Assembly (NCBI GenBank): GCA_017303355.1
Contig: JAFLCU010000016.1
Coordinates: forward strand, 22,167-86,166
Direction: 5' to 3'
Length of the DNA: 64,000 nt
Source of the DNA: Caulobacterales bacterium
Lineage (GTDB): Bacteria > Pseudomonadota > Alphaproteobacteria > Caulobacterales > Aquidulcibacteraceae
Under the pieces are notes generated by a model. The model ran no database searches. It was not told the origin of the DNA and worked only from the letters and a program-made list of their open reading frames with translations. Position numbers and translations under genes: made by a program. Of the stretch, positions 49,539 through 61,095 are shown one piece after another (positions within the stretch are counted from its first letter, which is position 1; each line of letters starts with the position of its first letter).

Positions 49539-50294
49539 ATGGCCGCGCGTAAGCCGTTGATCGCGGGAAACTGGAAAATGTATGGCCGAAGCGCCGCGCT
49601 GGGGGAAATCCCCGCGCTTTGGGCCCAGGTTGGCGGTGTCGCGGGTGCGATCGATGCGCTGATTTGCCCGCCGGCGCCCTATATCGCCGCCGCGCGCCAG
49701 GCAGCGGCCGCGACCGGCGTGCAGATTGGCGCGCAGGATTGCAGCCCTGCGGCGGATGATTCCGCCCGCACGGGCGAGGTGAACGCCGCCATGCTGGCCG
49801 ATGTCGGCGCCCGCTACGTCATTGTTGGGCATTCCGAGCGCCGAACGCTCCACGCCGAAAGCAATGACCTTGTGCGACACAAGGCCGAGGCCGCCCTGGC
49901 GGCGGGGCTGACGCCGATCGTTTGCGTCGGCGAGACCTTGGCCGAGCGCGAGGCTGGCCGTGTCGCGGAGGTCGTGGGCGCCCAGGTGCGGGAAAGCACG
50001 CCGGCTGACGCTAGGATTGTGGTCGCCTACGAACCGGTCTGGGCCATCGGCGGCGCCAGCACGCCGACCATTCCCGAGATCGAGGAGGTCCATCACCTCA
50101 TCCGCGAAACCCTTGCCGAGCGGCTCGCCGGGGAGGCGAATGGCGTCCGCATCCTCTACGGCGGCTCGGTAGGCCCCAAGAACGCGGCCGAAATTTTCGC
50201 CGCGATGGGCGTCGATGGTGCGCTGGTCGGCCGCGCTAGCCTCAAAGCGGCTGATTTTGCGGCAATTATTTTAAGCCACCCGGCTGCGAAGTAG
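49539..50294 (+). CDS. tpiA: triose-phosphate isomerase
   Basis: IAGNWKM, VGHSERR, AYEPVWAIG. Confidence 0.9.
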   Translation: MAARKPLIAGNWKMYGRSAALGEIPALWAQVGGVAGAIDALICPPAPYIAAARQAAAATGVQIGAQDCSPAADDSARTGEVNAAMLADVGARYVIVGHSERRTLHAESNDLVRHKAEAALAAGLTPIVCVGETLAEREAGRVAEVVGAQVRESTPADARIVVAYEPVWAIGGASTPTIPEIEEVHHLIRETLAERLAGEANGVRILYGGSVGPKNAAEIFAAMGVDGALVGRASLKAADFAAIILSHPAAK

Positions 50295-50403
50295 GCGTGC
50301 TTTTGCGCGGGCTGGCGTTTAAGATCAGCCTCGGCTATTGAGCGCCCTTTCGCGCGCGCCCATCTGGGCGGCGTGCGTTCGGCCGCGCGGAGACGGTGGG
50401 TCT

Positions 50404-51108
50404 ATGGAATTGATCGTCCTCATCATTCACTTGGTGGTCTGCATCTGCCTGATCGGGCTTGTGCTTTTGCAGCGCTCGGAAGGTGGCGCGCTGGGTATGG
50501 GCGGTGGCGGCGGGGCGTTGATGAGCGGCCGCGGCGCCGCCGACGCTCTGGCCAAGATGACCCAAGTGGCGGGCGGTTTCTTCCTCGTCACCTCGCTCGG
50601 CCTGACCCTGCTGTCGAACGGCGGCGCGGCCAACGCCGGCACGTCGATTTTTGATTCACTCCCGACGACGCAAAGCGCCCCGGTCGTCCCAGCGACGCCG
50701 CCGGCCACGACGCCGGAAACGCCCGATCCGACCGAGAGCAGCGCGCCGCAAGCCGCTGAAACTCAGTTGGCAGCGCTTTCGCCCTCGACGCCGGCGGAAA
50801 CGACCGTTGCGCCGGCGCCGACCTCGGCTTCCGCGCGCGCGGCGCCTCTAAACACCGCCGCCACGACTCCGGCGACCACGCGCCCGGCGACGACACGCCC
50901 GGCCAGCGCGCCGGTCCAGACCGCCGCCAACAACACCCAGCGCACGAACACGACTCCCGCTTCGACGGCGCCCAACACGCGCACGGCCACCACGCCGGCC
51001 CCAACCACCGCGATCACACTCGATCCGGCGCAATTGGAGCCCGAATCGGTGAATGAAGGCAGCGGGCTTGAAGTTGTCCGCCGTGAGCGGGCTGGCCCAG
51101 ACCAATAA
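50404..51108 (+). CDS. secG: preprotein translocase subunit SecG with a long Pro/Thr/Ala-rich C-terminal tail
   Basis: MELIVLIIHLVVCICLIGLVLLQRSEGGALG is the canonical SecG TM1 plus Gly-rich loop, followed by a second TM. From about nt 50629 onward the sequence is a low-complexity P/T/A tail. Confidence 0.8.
   Translation: MELIVLIIHLVVCICLIGLVLLQRSEGGALGMGGGGGALMSGRGAADALAKMTQVAGGFFLVTSLGLTLLSNGGAANAGTSIFDSLPTTQSAPVVPATPPATTPETPDPTESSAPQAAETQLAALSPSTPAETTVAPAPTSASARAAPLNTAATTPATTRPATTRPASAPVQTAANNTQRTNTTPASTAPNTRTATTPAPTTAITLDPAQLEPESVNEGSGLEVVRRERAGPDQ
50869..50898 (+). repeat. imperfect 15-nt tandem duplication inside the secG tail (encodes PATTR PATTR)
   Basis: CCGGCGACCACGCGC followed by CCGGCGACGACACGC. 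Confidence 0.6.
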
Positions 51109-51152
51109 GCTCGGAAAGAGCTGGGGTTCGAGAAACGAGACTTCCGGGCTGA

Positions 51153-52799
<1,647 letters not shown>

Positions 52800-52881
52800 G
52801 GGCTGCATCCAAAACCCAGTCTGGTCGCATCCTCAAGGCAGAGGACGCCCGAACTGCGTCCGCAGGCTAGGGAGTTCTCGT

Positions 52882-53496
52882 ATGCGTTCGGTTTTGGTTG
52901 GTTGCGCGCTGGTCATGGTTCTGGCGACGCCGGCGTTTGCTGAACAACGCAATCTTTCAGGTTTCACCAAGGTAAGCGCCAATGCCGGCACGGACGTTAC
53001 GGTCGTCGTCGGCTCTGGTTTCAGCGTTGACGTCACCGGCCCGGGCGCCGCCCGCGTCGTCACCCGCATTTCCGGCGACACGCTCGTGATCGAACGCCGC
53101 AGCGGATTCACTTGGGGGCCATCGCCGCACGCCGACGTGCGGGTGACGATGCCGCGCGTCGATGGACTATCCGCCGCCAGCGGCGCCGATCTCATCGCCA
53201 CAAACGTCAACGCCGACACGATCGAGTTGGATTCCTCATCTGGCGCTGATCTGCGCGTCAGCGGCAGCTGCCGTACCTTCACCGCCGATGCGTCGAGCGG
53301 CAGCGACATCTATGCCGAAGCTCTGCGCTGCGAGAATGGCAGCGTCGATGCGTCTTCAGGCGCGGACGCGCGCGTGTTCGCAACCGGCCGGCTCAATGTC
53401 GAGGCCTCTAGTGGCGGCGGCGTGATCGTGCACGGCAACCCCGGGATCGGCGACGTCGATCTCTCGTCCGGCGGTTCCATGCGCCGCGCCAGCTAA
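52882..53496 (+). CDS. DUF2807 (head GIN domain) secreted protein, paralogue A
   Basis: Signal peptide, then F[TN]-x-[VI]-x-A...V-x-V repeats of S/A-S-G-A-D units (DASSGSDI, DASSGADA, EASSGGGV), typical of the DUF2807 beta-helix. Confidence 0.75.
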   Translation: MRSVLVGCALVMVLATPAFAEQRNLSGFTKVSANAGTDVTVVVGSGFSVDVTGPGAARVVTRISGDTLVIERRSGFTWGPSPHADVRVTMPRVDGLSAASGADLIATNVNADTIELDSSSGADLRVSGSCRTFTADASSGSDIYAEALRCENGSVDASSGADARVFATGRLNVEASSGGGVIVHGNPGIGDVDLSSGGSMRRAS

Positions 53497-53561
53497 CCGC
53501 GGCGACGCAAAGCCAATCGACACCCGCGTCGCTTTGTGTAAGCAGGCGACGCGAGGTGACG

Positions 53562-54116
53562 ATGATTTGGCTGAGTACGGCGGGCGGCGCGCCCGCGACC
53601 GAAGCAGGCGGCGCGCCGATGGCGCTTTTCGTGATCATCGTGGCGATCGTCGCGTGGTTCGGTCTGCGCGCGCTGGTCCGCGGCTTGCGCGCAGGAAAAA
53701 CCGCCGCCGCCATTGGCGCTGATTTCCGCTCCTATGCGATGGAAGCGCTGGCGAATGCGGCCAATATCGATGGGCGCGTCAACGACGCCGAGCGCGGCGC
53801 CATCGCCCAAGCGATGCGTGAGTTAACCGGCGCGGCGGTCGAGGCCGCTTCCGTCGATGCCGCGCTCGCGAGCGCGAAGCTGAGCAAGGACGAATTGGTC
53901 GCGTACTTGGCGGATCGCTCCGCCGCATTCTCGCGATCGCAGAAGACGGCGCTGCTGAAAGCGTTGCTCTCGGTCTTCGTGGCGGACGGCCAGTTCGATG
54001 AAACCGAGCACGCCGCCTTGGTCGATTACACGGCGGCCATCGGCTTCGACCGTCAAAGCGCGCCTGAGATGCTGCGGCGGCTCTCACGGGATTTCGTTCG
54101 GGGCAGCATCACCTAA
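53562..54116 (+). CDS. TerB-like (tellurite-resistance TerB fold) protein with N-terminal TM helix
   Basis: TM helix ALFVIIVAIVAWFGL, then DGRVNDAERGAI ... ADGQFDETEHAAL, the paired DG-x-x-x-x-x-E motifs of TerB-family domains. ATG at 53562 after GAGG. Confidence 0.65.
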   Translation: MIWLSTAGGAPATEAGGAPMALFVIIVAIVAWFGLRALVRGLRAGKTAAAIGADFRSYAMEALANAANIDGRVNDAERGAIAQAMRELTGAAVEAASVDAALASAKLSKDELVAYLADRSAAFSRSQKTALLKALLSVFVADGQFDETEHAALVDYTAAIGFDRQSAPEMLRRLSRDFVRGSIT

Positions 54117-54202
54117 ATGCATCCAAGCGGCGCTTGGCCTGCATCCCAGTCTCAGAAGCGGCGCGCCAGGGTTGGCGACGCTCTGATCTGAAGGGGAATT
54201 TC

Positions 54203-54814
54203 ATGCGTCTCATGGCGACCGCCGCTGTCTTGGCTCTGGCGATGGCGGCTTCCGCCTCGGCCGAGACCCGTAATCTGCGCGGCTTCAACTCGATTGGCGC
54301 CTCCGATCAGATGCGCGTCGAGATCAGCGTAGGCGGCGACTATGCGGTGGAAGTGACAGGCGCCGACGCCGATCGGGTGCGCACGCGCGTGGAGGATGGC
54401 GCGCTGTTGATCGATCAGCGCAATCGTCCGTGGTTCGGCAGCCGCCACCTGAACGCCGTCGTGCGCGTGTCCGTGCCTGAATTGGAGAGCATCGCCGCCG
54501 CGCGTGGTGTTGAGGTCAGCGCGCGTGGCGTGGAGTCCGAGCGCTTTGACATTGCAGCGGCCATGGGTGCGGAAGTGCGCGTCTCGGGCACGTGCGGCGT
54601 GCTCGACGCCACCGCGGCCATGGGGGCATCGATCCGCGCCGACGAATTGCAATGCCGCGTCGCCGATGTCTCCGCCGCCATGGGCGGCAGCGCGCGCGTC
54701 TATGCCAGCGAGACCTACGAAGGCTCTGCCTCGATGGGCGGCTCGATCGATATCTCGGGCGATGGGGCCAGCCGTGGTCGTTCGACCGCGATGGGTGGCA
54801 GCATCAACGACTAG
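54203..54814 (+). CDS. DUF2807 (head GIN domain) secreted protein, paralogue B
   Basis: Signal peptide MRLMATAAVLALAMAASASA. Same layout as 52882-53496, with AAMG[AG]S repeats. Confidence 0.75.
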   Translation: MRLMATAAVLALAMAASASAETRNLRGFNSIGASDQMRVEISVGGDYAVEVTGADADRVRTRVEDGALLIDQRNRPWFGSRHLNAVVRVSVPELESIAAARGVEVSARGVESERFDIAAAMGAEVRVSGTCGVLDATAAMGASIRADELQCRVADVSAAMGGSARVYASETYEGSASMGGSIDISGDGASRGRSTAMGGSIND

Positions 54815-54826
54815 GGAACCCGGCGC

Positions 54827-55753
54827 GTGCGGCGGCGTTTGCCCTGCGCCATGGAACCCCTCGCTGCGGAAATTGAGGACAAGCCCAAGCGCCGGCCTAT
54901 CCCAGAAGTCGGCGCGAAGGCGCTTGTCCTTTTCAATCAGAAGGCCGGCAGCGTCTCCGCCGGTGACGATGAAAAGCTTGCCGATGCGTTGCGGCAGGCC
55001 GGTGTCGACTTCGTGATGGTCGGGCCGGAAAAACTTTCGCGCCGTTTGCTTGAAAGGGCGAAGGGCTACGACGTGTTGATCGTATTGGGCGGCGATGGCA
55101 CCGCGCGCACCGTCGCGGAGCTCGCGCCGCGCGATGGGCCGCCATTGATCCTGCTGCCCGGCGGCACGCTGAACATTCTGCCCAAGGCGCTCTATGGCGA
55201 ACTTGCGTGGCCGGATGCGCTGAGCGCCGCGCTTGAGCGTGGCGTGGTCAAGCGGCTCACCTCGGGGCGCGCCAATGGCGAGCCGTTTTATGTTGCCGCC
55301 TTGTTCGGACCGACCACGCTTCTGGCGCGCGCGCGCGAAGCCATGCGCGAAGGCAAGCCGCTCGCCGCATGGCGACGGTTTCAGCATGCGTGGAAACGTT
55401 CCTTTACCCGCAGCATCCGCGCGCGCATCGGTCGTGAGCCGATGCGGAAGGCGGAGGCGATCGGCGTGCTGTGCCCGTCGTTCTCTGGCGGCATTGAGGC
55501 CGACACGCTGGAATGGGTGAGGCTCGACGCGCGCCACGCGCTGGATTTCGCCAGGGTCAGCCTTCGTGCGCTGACGGCGGACTGGCGCAATGATTCCTCC
55601 GTGGAGATCGCGCCCTGCAAAAGCAGCGACATCGTCTCGCTCGGCCTTATTCCCGCGACTCTCGACGGCGAGCCACGCACCTTTGTTTCTCGCGTTCGCG
55701 TGACGTATGATCCGAAAGGGCCGCGCGTCATTGCGTTGGAGGATCGCGCCTAA
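54827..55753 (+). CDS. diacylglycerol-kinase-family lipid kinase (DAGK_cat / YegS-like)
   Basis: VLIVLGGDGTARTV and LLPGGTLN motifs. The start is uncertain (GTG 54827 or ATG 54851). Confidence 0.8.
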   Translation: MRRRLPCAMEPLAAEIEDKPKRRPIPEVGAKALVLFNQKAGSVSAGDDEKLADALRQAGVDFVMVGPEKLSRRLLERAKGYDVLIVLGGDGTARTVAELAPRDGPPLILLPGGTLNILPKALYGELAWPDALSAALERGVVKRLTSGRANGEPFYVAALFGPTTLLARAREAMREGKPLAAWRRFQHAWKRSFTRSIRARIGREPMRKAEAIGVLCPSFSGGIEADTLEWVRLDARHALDFARVSLRALTADWRNDSSVEIAPCKSSDIVSLGLIPATLDGEPRTFVSRVRVTYDPKGPRVIALEDRA

Positions 55754-56569
55754 GTGCAGCTTGTACACCTGACGGACTTGCACTTCGGGTGCGAGGACAA
55801 GGACGCGTTAAGCGCGGCGGCAAAGTATGTGGCCGAGCACAAGCCAGACGCGGTGATCGTGACTGGCGACATCTCCAAGGATGGCTTGAAGACCGAACTC
55901 GAGGCGGCGTGCGAATGGATGCGCGCGCTCACGGCGCCCGTGATGCTGACGCCGGGCAATCACGACGTGCCGTATTACGAGATGATCGGGCGCCTGCTCT
56001 ATCCGTGGGCTCGCTATGAGCGCGCCGCGCATGGCATCCATACGCAAGCCTGGCATACGCCTGACTGGAGCATCGTGCCGGTGAATACGGCGCGCGCCTG
56101 GCAGTTTCGCCTGAACTGGGCGCAAGGCGAAATTTCGCGCGGACAGACGGCGATTGCCGGCGCCGAGTTGCAGCGCGCCGCGCCGGGCGCCCTGCGGATC
56201 GTGATTACGCACCATCCGCTGGACTGGCCGAATGACGCGCCAATCAAAGGCGTCACGCGGGGCGGGCTCCGAGGGCAGGAGCGGCTGATAGATTCTGGCG
56301 CCGAACTGTTCTTAAGCGGCCACCTGCATTTCGCCTCGGCCCGCCTGGTTGGCACCCGGGCGCTTTCGATCACCAGCGGCACCTTGTCTCAGCGGGTGCG
56401 TCACGAACCGTGCGCCTTCACCGTCATCCGCAGGCCGGATCCTCGAGCCATCGAAACCGAGGTGATCCAGGTCGTTCAGGGCGTCTGCCGTACCGCCACG
56501 ACCCGCCGTTTCGCCCTGGCGGAGCTCCCCGCGCTGGATCAACCTGCGGAAATCCACGCTGAGGCCTAA
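55754..56569 (+). CDS. calcineurin-like metallophosphoesterase
   Basis: [20 protein letters not shown] and ITHHP motifs. GTG start directly abuts the preceding stop. Confidence 0.8.
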   Translation: MQLVHLTDLHFGCEDKDALSAAAKYVAEHKPDAVIVTGDISKDGLKTELEAACEWMRALTAPVMLTPGNHDVPYYEMIGRLLYPWARYERAAHGIHTQAWHTPDWSIVPVNTARAWQFRLNWAQGEISRGQTAIAGAELQRAAPGALRIVITHHPLDWPNDAPIKGVTRGGLRGQERLIDSGAELFLSGHLHFASARLVGTRALSITSGTLSQRVRHEPCAFTVIRRPDPRAIETEVIQVVQGVCRTATTRRFALAELPALDQPAEIHAEA

Positions 56570-56681
56570 TCTCCGCCAGGACAGGGGCAGGCGAGGCCTT
56601 GCCCGGCGGCTCCGTTTGGACTATCAGCCCCGCTTTCCCGGATTTGCCGGGTCACAGAATTCTTACCGGAGCATACCGGCT

Positions 56682-58224
<1,543 letters not shown>

Positions 58225-58404
58225 CAGGAACAATCGCGACCAGCGATGTCGCGCGCTCAGTCACGTTCAATAGCGTCCCACGCTCCCCATTGCGGTGAGG
58301 CGAAAGCCTTGCTGTTGGTGAACGCGCGTTAGCGAAGATTTCTAATCTGAAATCAAGAAAACTAAGGGAAACTCAAGTGTTGGCTTGAGTGTGCGTGGGA
58401 CGAC

Positions 58405-61038
58405 GTGACGGCGAATTCTTCCCTCCAGAAGGCGCGCATGCGCGCGCGTTCCAGGCTCCTATCCGCGGAGGGTAATGGCGTCGTATTTGCGCACGAGACA
58501 GGCTACACGCCAGCGAATGACGCTGATGATTTCGCCCTTGGCGAAGGCGCAATGGATGCGGACATGCCGGCGGCCGATTTGGCGCCGGTGATCATCGAAG
58601 CGTTCGATCTCGGCGCCAATGAGCCGGACGAGCCACCGTTTGATCCTCCGGAGTTCGATGCGGCCGAAGACGAGTTGGCGCTCATTGTGGCGTCCGTGTC
58701 GGCGGCTGAAACGGCGAAAGCCGTTGATGCGGCGCCATTGGAAATCGCGGCCGAGCCCATAGACGCCTGTGGTGATGATGGTGAAGAAGCCGTTGACGCC
58801 GAAGGTTTCTACGAAGAGCCGCCGCCCTTCGACCCGCCGGACGAGGACGAAGAGCCGGCCGTCTTCTCCAAGGTGCGATTGCCGGCCTTGAACGAGACAG
58901 CGCCCGCCCCAGCTGAGTTGCTGCTTGTTAAATCAAGCACGGCAACCAGCGCGCCACGCTTGCCGCAACGCACATTGCTCCATTCCGACGAAACGGTGGA
59001 AGCGAAGGCGCCGCCGCAGCCTGTGCCGCCAATCAGCATTCATATCTTCTGGGACCGCGCGGAGATGGGCGCGGTGTTCGCGGCACTCGAAACGGATAAA
59101 CGCATGGCGCGCGCCAGCGGGGGCGCGGCCCGTGGTGGGTTGGACGCAGCCATTGCACGCTATAGCGATGAAGCGAGCCCCGATCTGCTCATCGTCGATA
59201 CCGATCTTGGCGTTCCTCAATTGCTGGTCGGCCTTGATCGTCTGGCCGAGGTGTTGGACGCGCGCACGCGGCTGATGATTGTGGGCGCGGTGAATGATAT
59301 CGGCCTGCTGCGTGAACTCGCACTGCGCGGCGTCAGCGAATATTTCGTACCGCCCGTCGGCGCCGATGCGATGGTGGAATCCATCTGCGCGTTGTTCGCG
59401 AGCGTGAACACGTCGCGTGTTGTCGCCGTCATGGGCGCGCGAGGTGGGGTCGGCTCATCGACTGTGGCGCAGAACATTGCGTGGTCGATCGCCGAGCGCC
59501 AGCAATTGGGCGCCGTGTTGGTTGATCTTGATATCGCTTTTGGCTCCGCGGCGTTTCACATGCAGCTGGGCGCTACGCCTACATTGGCCACAGCACTCGA
59601 AGCGCCCGAAGACCAAGCAGCGTTGGAGCGGAGCGTGACGCGCGCCTCGCCACGCTTCCAAATTCTTGCCGCGCCGGCGAACGTGGCGCCTGGCGCCGAC
59701 ATCGGTGTTGAAGCGCTCGCGGCGTTGATTGGCAACGCACGACGCATGAGCCCATATGTCGTACTCGATCTTCCGCATCATTGGGCGGGATGGGTGAAGC
59801 ATGCCTTGGCGCTTGCCGATGAGGTTCTCATTGTCTCCGCGCCTGATCTCGCGGGACTCGCGGCGACGAAGAACCTTTTGGAGCAGGCGAAGGTTGCGCG
59901 GCCAGGCGCCAGCGAACCTATGCTGGCGCTCTCGATGGTCGGCGTGGCGAAGCGACCGGAAATTCGCCTGAAGGATTTCGCGGAGGCCGCTGGGGTTGCG
60001 CCGATTGCTTCTATCGCTTTCGACCCGCTGAGTTTTGGCGAAGCATGCGGCACGGGCTTGATGCTCTGCGAGGCGGCGCCGAAATCACCCGCCGCGGCGA
60101 TGATGGACGCGATCGCAACAGTGCTGACAGGCCGCGAGGTGATCGCGCGCAAAACCCCGGTGCGCGAACGCTTTGTCACGCGCGTGGAAGCACCGACGAT
60201 TGCGCCTGTGGTTGAGCGGGTCGACGTGGCGTCTGGGCCCGATGTCACCAACGCGACGCCGCTTCCGGCGGTTGATCCAGCGCCGCTGGAATTGACCACG
60301 CTGGCGCCGCCACAGTCGCGCCCATCGCGTCGCGCGTGCAGCCGCGCGGCGGCGCGCCGACGCGATGAGGAACGCAAGCAACGTCCGCGCACGGCGCGGC
60401 CGGGGCTGGTGCGCGCGGCGTTGGCGGCGGTCACCTTGATCGCGCTCGGCGCCTGGTACGCGCAAAACGGCGCCGAGGCGACGACGACAAGCGCACCCGC
60501 GCCAGCGCCGGCGCCGATCGATTTGAACGAGCGTTATGCGGCCGCCGAAAGCATGCTGCGCAGCGGCGAGACCGGAGAGGCTGTTGCGTTGATGCAGCGC
60601 GTGGCGCAAGCCGGCTTGCCTGCGGCGCAGTATCGCTTGGCGAAATTCTATGAAGGCGGCGAAGTGCTTGCGCGCGATCTGGAGATCGCTCGCGCTTGGA
60701 CCGAGCGTGCGGCGCGCGGCGGCCATGCGCAAGCGATGCACGATCTTGGTGTTTATTATGCGCGTGGGGAGGGCGGCGTGCGCGACGATGCATCAGCGTT
60801 TCGCTGGTTCCGCCAGGCGGCGCAGCACGGTTTTGCGGATAGCCAGTACAATCTCGGCGTGATGTACGAGCAAGGGCGCGGCGTCAGCGCCAATGTGGAT
60901 GAAGCGCTGTTCTGGTTCACGCTTGCCGCAGGTAGTGGCGATGCGGATGCCGCCGCACGCGTCACCGCGATGGAAACGCTGGTGACGCCGATGCAGATCG
61001 AACAAGCGCAAGCGCGCGTCGCGGCGTTTGGCCACTGA
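58405..61038 (+). CDS. multidomain protein: acidic N-terminal region / CpaE-TadZ-like pseudo-receiver + ParA-MinD-type domain / TM helix / periplasmic Sel1 repeats
   Basis: 877 aa from GTG 58405 (alternative ATG 58438 after AGAAGG). Pseudo-receiver aa 210-335. VVAVMGARGGVGSSTVAQN...VLVDLD...YVVLDLP is CpaE/TadZ-like. TM helix LVRAALAAVTLIALGAWY (aa 668-685). Sel1 repeats (AQYRLAKFYEGG, AMHDLGVYYARGEG, SQYNLGVMYEQGRG). Confidence 0.8.
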   Translation: MTANSSLQKARMRARSRLLSAEGNGVVFAHETGYTPANDADDFALGEGAMDADMPAADLAPVIIEAFDLGANEPDEPPFDPPEFDAAEDELALIVASVSAAETAKAVDAAPLEIAAEPIDACGDDGEEAVDAEGFYEEPPPFDPPDEDEEPAVFSKVRLPALNETAPAPAELLLVKSSTATSAPRLPQRTLLHSDETVEAKAPPQPVPPISIHIFWDRAEMGAVFAALETDKRMARASGGAARGGLDAAIARYSDEASPDLLIVDTDLGVPQLLVGLDRLAEVLDARTRLMIVGAVNDIGLLRELALRGVSEYFVPPVGADAMVESICALFASVNTSRVVAVMGARGGVGSSTVAQNIAWSIAERQQLGAVLVDLDIAFGSAAFHMQLGATPTLATALEAPEDQAALERSVTRASPRFQILAAPANVAPGADIGVEALAALIGNARRMSPYVVLDLPHHWAGWVKHALALADEVLIVSAPDLAGLAATKNLLEQAKVARPGASEPMLALSMVGVAKRPEIRLKDFAEAAGVAPIASIAFDPLSFGEACGTGLMLCEAAPKSPAAAMMDAIATVLTGREVIARKTPVRERFVTRVEAPTIAPVVERVDVASGPDVTNATPLPAVDPAPLELTTLAPPQSRPSRRACSRAAARRRDEERKQRPRTARPGLVRAALAAVTLIALGAWYAQNGAEATTTSAPAPAPAPIDLNERYAAAESMLRSGETGEAVALMQRVAQAGLPAAQYRLAKFYEGGEVLARDLEIARAWTERAARGGHAQAMHDLGVYYARGEGGVRDDASAFRWFRQAAQHGFADSQYNLGVMYEQGRGVSANVDEALFWFTLAAGSGDADAAARVTAMETLVTPMQIEQAQARVAAFGH

Positions 61039-61044
61039 ACAAAC

Positions 61045-61068
61045 GGGCCGGAGAGCGATCTCCGGCCC
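61045..61068. terminator. bidirectional terminator hairpin between convergent 58405-61038 and glnA
   Basis: GGGCCGGAGA-GCGA-TCTCCGGCCC is a perfect 10-bp stem. No strong T-run on either side. Confidence 0.6.
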
Positions 61069-61095
61069 GCTGCTGCGTGCACTGATCCGAGGCGC

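Noticed and set aside
54152-55783. 543-aa minus-strand ORF
   Set aside because: It lies antisense to the DUF2807 paralogue B and the DAGK-family kinase, both of which have clear motifs on the plus strand. Shadow ORF.
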